This document shows, piece by piece, positions 28,890 through 39,400 of a stretch of DNA of 64,000 nucleotides. The position numbers and the translations under genes were made by a program. The notes beneath the pieces were generated by a model. That model was not told the DNA's origin, ran no database searches, and saw only the letters and a program-made list of their open reading frames with translations. Origin of the DNA: Ferruginibacter sp. (GTDB taxonomy: Bacteria > Bacteroidota > Bacteroidia > Chitinophagales > Chitinophagaceae); NCBI GenBank assembly GCA_046329695.1, contig JAXLUE010000007.1, positions 9,065 to 73,064 on the forward strand, read 5' to 3'. Every line of letters starts with the position of its first letter. Position 1 is the first letter of the stretch.

Positions 28890-29609
28890 TTATCCGTAGA
28901 TCTCCAGATGGATATCTTTTTTATCGTATCCCATTTCCAGTATTCTCTTTTTGGCTTCGTCGATCATGCCCTTCCAGCCGCATATATAAAAGTGGGCCGC
29001 CTGTCTGCCGGAACAAAGCTCTTCATAAACGGGGTGAACATATCCGCTGCGGCCTTCCCATTGTTCCCTTGACAGAACGGGGATATAGGTAAACCCTTCC
29101 ATGGATTGGGAAAGTGCTGTGAGTTCCGTATAATATAAGAGGGTCTCTCTCGTGCGGCAACCAAAGATCAGGTAGATATTTTTATGGGCGAGATGTTCCC
29201 GTTTGATATGCTGCACCATACTCCTGAACGGCGCGATGCCCGTGCCGGTGCAGATCATGAAAACATCCTTTTCGATGGGCTGCTTGAGGGTAAACACGCC
29301 CTGTGGCCCGCGGAAACTGATCTCTGAACCAATGCCCACTTCATTGAACAGATAAGGCGTGCCGGCACCATCCTTATCCAGGACGATCACCAGCTCAAAT
29401 ACATTGGTGCCATCGGGCCAGGAAGCGATCGAATAACTTCTCCAGCGTTTATTGGGCTTTTCGTGAATGGGGAGGTCGAGTGTTACAAACTGGCCCGGCT
29501 GGAAATCAAAGGAAGCCAGCTCCGGCACTTCCATCCAGAACCTTTTGGTATCGGGTGTTTCGTTTTCAATGCGAATCACTTTTGCAATACGCCATGGTTG
29601 CAAAGCCAT
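28890..29609 (-). CDS. FAD/NAD(P)-binding oxidoreductase, ferredoxin--NADP reductase family
   Basis: FQPGQF, RSYSIAS, GPQG, TGTGIAPFRSM and YICG..GMI. Confidence 0.85.
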   Translation of the reverse strand: MALQPWRIAKVIRIENETPDTKRFWMEVPELASFDFQPGQFVTLDLPIHEKPNKRWRSYSIASWPDGTNVFELVIVLDKDGAGTPYLFNEVGIGSEISFRGPQGVFTLKQPIEKDVFMICTGTGIAPFRSMVQHIKREHLAHKNIYLIFGCRTRETLLYYTELTALSQSMEGFTYIPVLSREQWEGRSGYVHPVYEELCSGRQAAHFYICGWKGMIDEAKKRILEMGYDKKDIHLEIYG

Positions 29610-29706
29610 AAGTCTAATTTGGCGGAAGATACAAAGTTTCCTGTTCTACCCGCAGGCTTGTAACGCGGTCTTCGCTTCTTTGCCTTTATTTTTAAACATA
29701 CTGCAG

Positions 29707-29714
29707 TATCTTTG
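29707..29714 (+). promoter_or_regulatory. Bacteroidota -7 promoter element for mfd
   Basis: TATCTTTG about 50 nt upstream of the mfd ATG. Confidence 0.5.
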
Positions 29715-29764
29715 CCACGTAACCGGTTCAAATCTCCATTTACCGAACCGGTCAGTTGCAGAGG

Positions 29765-32700
29765 ATGAATTTTGACGTGTTGATGAACCTGTTCCGGAAC
29801 GACCCCCGCTCCAAACAAATAGCGGAAGGGATCGTATTGCCCGGAACAAGCCTGCAAAAACCCGGATTTCATTTACAGGGTTTATCCGGAAGCCTTTCCC
29901 AGTTTGTCCTGGCCTCTGTTTTCCAGCACCCGGCAACCGCTGATTGCAACCACCTCGTAATCCTTAGGGACGCGGAAGAAGCGGCCTATTTTCATAATAC
30001 GCTGGAGAATATCACCGGCGCGCTCGATATTTTCTACTTCCCCTCCTCCTTTAAGAATAAAAAGAATTTCCGCTTGCTGAACAGCAGCCACGTCATGCTG
30101 CGCACGGAAGCGCTGAGCCGCATCGCCGCCGGAGGAAACCGTAAAGTGGTGGTGACATACCCGGAAGCCCTGTTTGAAAAGGTCATCCTGTCGAAATCCA
30201 TATCAGACCAGATCATCCGGATCAAACAAGCCGAAACGATCGACGTGACCGGCATGCTGGGCCAATTCGTCGACCTGGGCTTTTCGAGAACAGACTTCGT
30301 TTATGAACCCGGGCAATTTGCCATACGGGGAGGCATACTCGATATTTATTCCTTTGGAAATGAAAAGCCCTACCGGATCGAATTATTCGGTAACGAAGTG
30401 GACAGTATCCGGATATTCGACCCCGAAACACAGTTGAGCGAAAAACGCCTGCTGCAGGTGAATATCATACCCAACCTGACCTACCGGGAAACAGAAGCAG
30501 GATTTCACGTGGGTGACGAAGAAAAAATCTCTCTTCCCGAATTCATGCCCGGTAAATCGGTCATTTGGATCAACCAGCGGCCCTTTATCCGTGAAAGAAT
30601 CGAACAACAGTCGGAAGACCTGTCGATCTACCTCGAATTACTGCAAAGCGGACAGATCAAGGTTGGCGAAGATGAGGAGGACATGCAGGAACAGGCCAGT
30701 GTAACGGAAAAAGATTTTATCGATCCGTCTACGCTGGAAGCTCTGCTCAATCAATATCCGCTGGTGGAAATGGGAGGAGGAAAACCGGGAACGGGTATGC
30801 AGGAGATCAGGTTCAGCAGCGCAGAACAACCTGCTTTTAACAGGCAATTCGATCTGCTGATCAAAAACCTGCAGGACCATGAACGCAAGCAGTATAATGT
30901 GTTCATGTTCTCCGACAACCCCAAACAACTCGAAAGGCTCCACAGCATTTTTACCGACCTGAAAGCGGAAATACAGGTAACGCCGATCGCCGTGTCGATA
31001 CATGAAGGTTTTATCGACCATGACCTCAAACTGATCTGTTACACCGACCACCAGATCTTTCAGCGTTACCATAAATACCGCGTCAAACAGGCTTTTAGCA
31101 AAAACAAGGCGCTAACCCTGAAAACACTCCGGGAACTCCATCCGGGCGACTATGTTTCCCATATCGATCATGGAGTGGGCATCTACAGCGGCCTGCAAAA
31201 AATTGACATGAACGGCCGCATGCAGGAAGCCGTTCGGATCAGGTATAAAGATGGAGACCTGCTCTATGTGAATATTTCCTCCCTGCACAAGATCAGCAAA
31301 TACAGCGGCAAGGAAGGCAGCGTTCCAAAAATGAATAAGCTCGGCAGCGATGCCTGGAGCAAACTGAAAGAAAAGACCAAGAAACAGGTCAGGGATATCG
31401 CCACCGACCTGATCAGGCTGTACGCGCAACGAAAGAGCCAGCAAGGGTTTGCACATTCGCCCGACAACTACATGCAAACGGAACTGGAAGCCAGTTTCAT
31501 TTACGAAGACACGCCCGACCAGGCCAAGGCAACCGATGATGTTAAACGAGACATGGAGAAGCCGCAGCCTATGGACCGGTTGGTTTGCGGTGATGTGGGA
31601 TTTGGCAAAACCGAAGTGGCCGTTCGCGCCGCATTTAAGACCTGCTGCGACGGCAAACAGGCCGCCGTGCTGGTACCCACCACCATCCTCGCGTACCAGC
31701 ATTACAAAACATTTAGCGAAAGGCTCAAGGATTTCCCCGTCAAAGTAGACTTCATCAACCGGTTCAAATCGACCAAAGAAAGAAAAGAAACGCTCAAAAA
31801 ACTGGAAGAAGGCAAGGTAGACATCATCATCGGCACTCATGCCCTGCTGGGTAAAGACGTGAAGTTCAAAAACCTCGGCATCATGATCATCGATGAGGAA
31901 CAGAAATTCGGCGTGGCGGCAAAAGAAAAACTCAAACAGATACGCACGACCGTTGATTCCCTGACACTAACGGCAACGCCTATACCAAGGACACTCCAGT
32001 TCAGCCTGATGGGCGCACGGGACCTTAGCATCATCAATACGCCGCCTCCGAACAGGCAACCGATCCAGACGGAAGTAATGGTATTCAATGAAGACAGCAT
32101 CCGCGACATCATCTATTATGAAACCGAAAGGGGCGGGCAGGTCTTCTTCATCCATAACCGTGTCAACGGACTTGCAGAAATGAAAGGACTGATACAGGGT
32201 CTTTGCCCCGATCTCAGCATCGCATTCGCCCACGGCCAAATGGAAGGAGATACACTGGAAGATACGATCCTTGACTTCATGGATAAAAAATACGATGTGC
32301 TGGTATGCACCAATATCGTTGAAAGCGGCGTGGATATTCCCAACGTCAATACCATCATCGTCAATAATGCGCACCAGTTCGGGCTGAGCGATCTCCACCA
32401 GCTAAGGGGGCGAGTGGGCCGCAGTAATAAAAAAGCTTTTTGCTATTTACTCGCACCGCCCATGAGCACTCTTCCGGTTGACAGCAGGAAAAGGCTCACA
32501 ACACTGGAACAGTACAGCGACCTGGGCTCCGGTTTCCAAATTGCTATGCGCGACCTCGATATACGGGGTGCCGGAAACCTGCTCGGGGGCGAACAAAGCG
32601 GCTTCATTGCGGAGATCGGGTTTGAAATGTATCATAAGATACTGGATGAAGCGGTCAGGGAATTGAAACGCAAAGAATTTAAAGACCTCTTCAAAGAAGA

Positions 32701-33184
32701 GATTCAACAACAAGACGATTTTGTCAGCGATTGCAGCATCGATACCGACCTGGAAATACTGATCCCTGATGATTATGTGGAAAGTATAACGGAAAGGCTG
32801 ACATTATACACCCGCCTTGATAATTGTGAATCGGAAGAAGACCTTGCTGAATTCCATGCCGAAATGCATGACCGGTTTGGGCCCGTCCCTTCCCAGGTGG
32901 AAGACCTCTTCACTACCGTCAGGTGCCGGAAGCTCGCTGTGGAATTGGGTTTTGAGAAGCTGGTATTGCGCCATGAAACCCTGCGCGGCTATTTTGTCAG
33001 CAACCCGGATTCACCGTATTTCCAAAGTGCCATGTTCAACGGCATCCTGCAGTTCCTTCAAACCGGAACCAACAAGGCAAAACTCAAACAAGTGGGGAAA
33101 AATGGAATGCTTGTAGTGGATGGTATCCGCACCATGCATGATATGTATGATTTCTTTTCGAGGATGAGAAAGAGTATATCCTAA
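29765..33184 (+). CDS. mfd: Transcription-repair coupling factor
   Basis: RGGILDIYS, CarD-like HIDHGVG, DRLVCGDVGFGKTEVA, IIDEEQKFG, QLRGRVGRS, RDLDIRGAGNLLG and a TRCF C-terminal domain. Confidence 0.97.
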   Translation: MNFDVLMNLFRNDPRSKQIAEGIVLPGTSLQKPGFHLQGLSGSLSQFVLASVFQHPATADCNHLVILRDAEEAAYFHNTLENITGALDIFYFPSSFKNKKNFRLLNSSHVMLRTEALSRIAAGGNRKVVVTYPEALFEKVILSKSISDQIIRIKQAETIDVTGMLGQFVDLGFSRTDFVYEPGQFAIRGGILDIYSFGNEKPYRIELFGNEVDSIRIFDPETQLSEKRLLQVNIIPNLTYRETEAGFHVGDEEKISLPEFMPGKSVIWINQRPFIRERIEQQSEDLSIYLELLQSGQIKVGEDEEDMQEQASVTEKDFIDPSTLEALLNQYPLVEMGGGKPGTGMQEIRFSSAEQPAFNRQFDLLIKNLQDHERKQYNVFMFSDNPKQLERLHSIFTDLKAEIQVTPIAVSIHEGFIDHDLKLICYTDHQIFQRYHKYRVKQAFSKNKALTLKTLRELHPGDYVSHIDHGVGIYSGLQKIDMNGRMQEAVRIRYKDGDLLYVNISSLHKISKYSGKEGSVPKMNKLGSDAWSKLKEKTKKQVRDIATDLIRLYAQRKSQQGFAHSPDNYMQTELEASFIYEDTPDQAKATDDVKRDMEKPQPMDRLVCGDVGFGKTEVAVRAAFKTCCDGKQAAVLVPTTILAYQHYKTFSERLKDFPVKVDFINRFKSTKERKETLKKLEEGKVDIIIGTHALLGKDVKFKNLGIMIIDEEQKFGVAAKEKLKQIRTTVDSLTLTATPIPRTLQFSLMGARDLSIINTPPPNRQPIQTEVMVFNEDSIRDIIYYETERGGQVFFIHNRVNGLAEMKGLIQGLCPDLSIAFAHGQMEGDTLEDTILDFMDKKYDVLVCTNIVESGVDIPNVNTIIVNNAHQFGLSDLHQLRGRVGRSNKKAFCYLLAPPMSTLPVDSRKRLTTLEQYSDLGSGFQIAMRDLDIRGAGNLLGGEQSGFIAEIGFEMYHKILDEAVRELKRKEFKDLFKEEIQQQDDFVSDCSIDTDLEILIPDDYVESITERLTLYTRLDNCESEEDLAEFHAEMHDRFGPVPSQVEDLFTTVRCRKLAVELGFEKLVLRHETLRGYFVSNPDSPYFQSAMFNGILQFLQTGTNKAKLKQVGKNGMLVVDGIRTMHDMYDFFSRMRKSIS

Positions 33185-33452
33185 GATCAACAAACCCCAG
33201 ATCCCCGCTCTTCTGCGGAAATTCCCCGATACCAAAGATCGATCAGGATATTTAATTAATATTTAATACATAATTAATCATCCCCAGCATATATACTAAA
33301 AAGTACGCAGGGAACGTTTCTGATTCAAATATTATATGTATTTTGTACATATTGCTTAACTGAAACCAATGGGGTTAGCTCCTTTCCACCCCTGAAAACA
33401 AAATTTAATCGTAATGGGCATGATAGCTTTTTGCTAACATACCCTGTGATAC

Positions 33453-36400
33453 ATGTCTATTGTTGACAATATAAGAATGTTTGCCGCCTGTAAATACATA
33501 CGGGCCATCGTCTATTCGATCCTGATGGCCGGGTGTTTTTTTGCCTGCCCCGGTTCTTCGTTTGCACAGGTTTCTCCTTACAGTTTACTGACCAATGGTG
33601 ATTTTGAAAGCGGTGGAAGTGGCACAGGTTTCCAGGTACCGGCACCATTTGTTTTCCTGGGTACACCTCCCCCACTGACGGGTACCAGTTCGCCTGGCGA
33701 CTATGCCATCATCCCGAACCCGCAACCCATGAATACCGCAAACTTTATTGCCGGAACAGATCACGGCGGAAGCGGTAAGATGATGGTGGTTGACGGCACA
33801 ACCGTTGGTGGTGGGCAGCGTTTCTGGAAAGCGGGCAATTCAGGAGGTGGCGTGGGACCGTTGACCATTGGTGCAACCTATACCTTCAGTTATTGGAAAA
33901 AAACGGTATCCACTACGGCGGTAGATGCCAGTACGGCTGCCAATATCAGTGTTGCCTGGAATAATGCTTCTTCGGTTACTCTTGTTGCTGGATCGGAACA
34001 GGTAAGCTTCCCCGGCGTTTCATCGGTTTGGCAACAGGTCAAATACAGCTTTATTCCCACCAGTGCTTTTGTCAATATCGAATTATACAATAATAACAGC
34101 AATTCGGTTGGTAATGATTTTGCCATAGATGATGTGGAAGTCTTGCCTCCCCCTGTGCCATTGTCGCTCCGGTATTCCATTGTTGAACCGGGTTGCCCGA
34201 ATAGTTCCGATGGAAGCGTGGCATTATATGGTTCCGGAGGCAATGGTCCTTATACATACAGTTTTAACGCATCCGGTTTTACGGCCAACAATTTATATAC
34301 GGGGCTTGGTCCTACTTTTTACCCGGCCTCCGTTCGTGATCTGATCCCGAACCAGGTGAATGCCATTCCTTTGATCACCCTGACGGCGCCCACAGATCCT
34401 TTGAGCATCAGCAATGGCGTTGCGATCTGCCTGGGCCAGGCTGCGCAGCCTTCCGCCAATGCCGTGGTGCCCGGTACTTTTAACTGGACGGCCAGTCCGC
34501 CAGATCCAACCCTGGTCACTCCCAATATCAATAGCCCCGCCGTTGCGCCCTTAGTTACCACTACCTATACAGTCACATTCACGTATACGCGTACACGAAA
34601 CCTGGTGTACAATGGTGACTTCAGCCTGGGTGATGCGGGTTTTTATACGGAGTACAGTTACCTGGCCAGCAATGCCGCAGGAGCGCAATGGGCTTATGGC
34701 ATCACCAATAACCCGAACCTTTTTGAACCGGGCTTTTCCAATGCCTGCACAGACCATACCGGCAGCTCGGGTAACATGATGGTGGTTGATGGGGCCACCA
34801 ATGGAACATCCGTGGTCTGGCGTCAGAAAATTGCCGTGAACCCTGGTACCAACTATACCTTCAGTTACTGGTTACAATCCGTTGCCATTCCTGCAACGCC
34901 TGCCAGTATTGAAGCACAGATCAACGGCACTCCGATCACGGGATCAGCCGTAACCAGTACACTAACAGCCGGGGCCTTATGTGGCTGGGTTCAATACAGC
35001 TTTACCTGGAATTCGGGGGCCAATACATTTGCAGAGATCAGCCTGATAGACCGCACAACGGCCGCATCAGGAAATGATTTTGCAATAGACGATATCTCTT
35101 TTACAACCGCCACAACCTGCGTATCTACTAAAAATGTGGTGATCAGTGTATCTCCTCCATCCGTTACCGGGTTTTCTTATACAACGCCGGTTTGCGCCAA
35201 TGCTGGAAGTATTTCTCCCACACTCGTTTCAGGATTTACAACAGGCGGAACTTTCAGTTCGACGGCCGGTTTATCCCTGAATACTGCCACGGGCGATATC
35301 AATGTGTCTGCCAGCATCCCCGGTACCTATACCGTCACCTATTCGGTTGGCAGCAGTGGGTGCTCCCTTGGCGGAACCTTTAATACATCCATCACCATTT
35401 CACCCATCACCCCTCCGGTCACCGGTTTCAGTTATACGTCACCGGTATGTACAACAGCCGGTAACCAGTCTCCCTCACTTGCCGCGGGGTTTTCAATGGG
35501 GGGCACATTCAGTTCCACCGCCGGCCTGTCCATCAACAGTTCAACAGGGGTCATCAATCCTGCCGCCAGCACACCGGGGTCATATACGATCACATACGCC
35601 ATTGCGGCAATTGGTTGCCAGCCTGCCGGTTCAAACACGGCCAGCATAACCATTAGTGCGGCCATTACCCCGGTCACAGGGTTCAGCTATACGTCACCCG
35701 TATGTTCAAATGCCGCCAATCAATCCCCAACCTTATCTGTCGGATTTACTTCTGGTGGAACATTCAGTTCCTCCGCCGGATTATCCATCAATGCCGCAAC
35801 GGGTGTCATCAATGTGGCGGCCAGTACACCGGGAACGTATTTCGTAAACTACAATATTGCAGCCAGCGGTTGCCAGCTGGCCGGATCCAACAATGGGAGC
35901 ATCACCATCAATCCCACCATCACACCGGTCACTTCTTTCAGTTATACATCGCCGGTTTGTTCCAATGCCAGCAACCAATCGCCGATTCTCGCCGGCGGAT
36001 TTACCACTGGAGGAATCTACAGTTCCACTGCCGGTTTATCCATCAATGCAAGTACCGGTGCCATTAACGTGGCTGCGAGTACACCGCCGGAACATATGTC
36101 GTCAGTTACAATATTGCTGCCAGTGGTTGCGGGCTGGCAGGTTCTGAACACAAACGGCATCGTAATCAATCCTGTTACCGCACCTGTTACAGGATTTAGC
36201 TACAGCACGCCGATATGCACCAGTGCCGGCAACCAATCACCCATATTGAACTCAGGCTTTACAAGCGGCGGCACTTTCAGTTCCACGGCAGGATTGTCGA
36301 TCAATAGTTCGACTGGCGTGATCAATGTGGCTGCCAGCACACCCGGCTCATACAACATTACCTATTCCATTGCAGCCATAGGTTGTCAGCTTGCCGGAAG

Positions 36401-39400
36401 TCAAAACACATCGGTCACCATCAGTTCGACCATCAGCCCCGTCACCAGCTTCGCATATACCTCACCGGTATGTGCCACAGCTTCCAGTCAAATGCCGTCA
36501 TTAAGCGGTGGGTTTGCTGCGGGCGGAACGTTTACGTCTACAGCCGGACTTAGCATTAATTCATCCACCGGGCAGATCAATGTGACGGCCAGTACACCCG
36601 GATCATACACCGTAACGTATAATATCGCGGCTGCAGGATGTCAACTGGCAGGCACCGGTACCGCCGGTTTTACTATCAACCCAACCGTATCGCCTGTCAC
36701 AGGTTTCAGTTACGCTACGCCTATATGCGCCAACGCAGGTAATCAATCGCCGATTCTCTCCGGCGGGTTCAGCACGGGTGGTAGTTTCAGCTCCACTGCC
36801 GGCCTATCCATCAACGCTTCAACCGGTGTGGTGAACATTGCAGCCAGTACGCCTGGCGCCTATACGATCGCTTATAATATCTCAGCCAGTGGTTGTCAAC
36901 TGGCTGGCAGCAACACGGCTTCGATTTTGATCAGCCCGATTGTAATCCCAGTAACGAGTTTCAGTTATACATCACCGGTTTGTTCCAATGCCGGTATTCA
37001 GGCACCTGCATTGACATCTGGTTTCACCCCAGGCGGAACATTCAGTTCAACGCCCGGATTATCGGTCAATGCAAGCACAGGTTTTATTAATGTGGCAGGA
37101 AGCACCCCCGGAACATATGTAATTACATATACCATAGCGGCTGTTGGTTGTCAGCTTGCAGGCAGCAATACCGCCTCAATGACCATTAGCTCAACCATTA
37201 CACCGGTAACAGCATTCAGTTATGCAACCCCGGTATGTTCCAATGCAGGCAATCAACTTCCTACATTAAGTCCAGGATTTACAACAGGTGGCACATTCAG
37301 TTCGAGTGCAGGATTATCCATCAATGCGGGCACGGGTGATATCAATGTAGGAGCCAGTACGCCCGGTTCTTATACGGTCACTTACAATATTCCCGCCAGT
37401 GGTTGTCAGCTCGCAGGTTCCAATACAGCCAACATCAATATCAATCCTACCATTACCCCGGTAACCGGGTTCAGTTATACTTCACCGGTATGTTCCAATG
37501 CGGGCAATCAATCCCCTATATTGACAGCTGGTTTTACAGGTGGCGGTACATTCAGTTCCACAGCCGGTTTATCCATCAATCCTGGTACCGGTGTTATCAA
37601 CGTGGCGGGCAGTACGCCGGGATCATACAGCATTGCATACAATGTTGCAGCGAGCGGTTGCCAGTTGGCCGGTAGTCAAACCGCTACAATAACCATTACT
37701 GCAACAACGAATCCTGTAACAGGGTTTAGTTATGCATCCCCGGTTTGTTCCAATGCAGGCAACCAAACAGCCGCTTTAGCGCCAGGTTTCACAACGGGTG
37801 GAATATTCAGTTCAACTGCCGGCTTGTCGATCAACGGGGCAAACGGCGTGATCAATACATCAACCAGTACGCCCGGAACCTATACAATCACATACACGAT
37901 CCCCAGCAGTGGCTGCCGTCTTGCTGGCACCAATACTGCATCCATCACGATCAATTCTATCAGTACTCCGGTCACCGGATTCAGTTATACCACGCCGGTT
38001 TGTTCCAATGCAGGTAGCCAGTCTCCACTTTTGACAGCTGGCTTTACAAATGGTGGTACATTCAGTTCCACAGCTGGATTGTCGATCAATACTGCAACAG
38101 GGGTGATCGATGTGGCTGCCAGCACACCCGGATCTTATACTGTTGCATACAATGTTGCGGCCAGTGGTTGTCAACTCGCTGGTTCCAATACGGCCAGCAT
38201 CAACATCAACCCAAGCACCACCCCGATAACAGGATTTAGCTATACCACGCCAGTTTGTTCCAATGCAGCAAGTCAGACGCCCGTTATGGTACCCGGATTT
38301 ACCACGGGGGGCACTTTCAGTTCCACAGCAGGATTAGCATTGGATCCAAATACCGGTGTCATCAATGTTGCATCAAGTACAACGGGAACCTATATCATCT
38401 CTTATTCGATACCCTCTTCTGGCTGTCAACTGGCGGGTACAGGAACGGCCACCATCACCATCAGTTCAACGATCAACCCGGTTACCGGATTCAGCTACAC
38501 GTCACCGGTATGTTCCAATTCGGGCAACCAGTCGCCCAGTTTAGCTGTTGGATTTTCTCCAGGTGGCAGTTTCGGCAGCACCATGGGTTTATCCATCAAC
38601 AGTTCGACGGGTGTGATCAATACAGCTGCCAGTACCCCAGGTTTGTATACCATTACCTATACCATAGCAGCAATAGGATGTCAGTTTTCAGGCTCGGGCA
38701 ATACATCAATCACGATCAATCCTAATACGAACCCTGTTACCGGATTCAGCTACACGTCACCGGTATGTTCCAATGCAGGTAATCAGTCACCCATTTTAGT
38801 AAGTGGATTTAATACCGGCGGCACTTTTAGTTCTACAGCAGGCCTATCGATCAACAGCTCAACAGGCGTGATCAATGTGGCGGCCAGCACACCAGGGTCT
38901 TATACTGTTGCATACAATATTGCAGCAAGTGGTTGTCAGTTGGCAGGTTCCAACAATGCTTCCATTACGATCAGTTCAACCGTAACACCGGTAACCACGT
39001 TCAGTTATACAACGCCTGTTTGTTCTAATGCTGCCAGTCAATCACCCACTTTGGTAAGTGGATTTACGACCGGCGGAACATTCAGTTCTACAGCAGGCCT
39101 GTCGATCAACAGCACAACTGGCGTGATCGATGTGGCGGCGAGCACGCCAGGGTCGTACAGCGTTGCTTATAATATCCCGGCAAATGGTTGTCAGCTGGCT
39201 GGTTCTAACAATGCTTCCATTACGATCAGTTCAACAGTTACACCGGTAACAGGCTTTAGTTATACAACACCGGTTTGTTCTAATGCTGCCAATCAATCAC
39301 CGATATTAACGACAGGCTTTACAACCGGCGGAACATTCAGCTCTACAGCAGGACTGTCGATCAACAGCACAACAGGTGTGATCAATGTGGCGGCGAGCAC

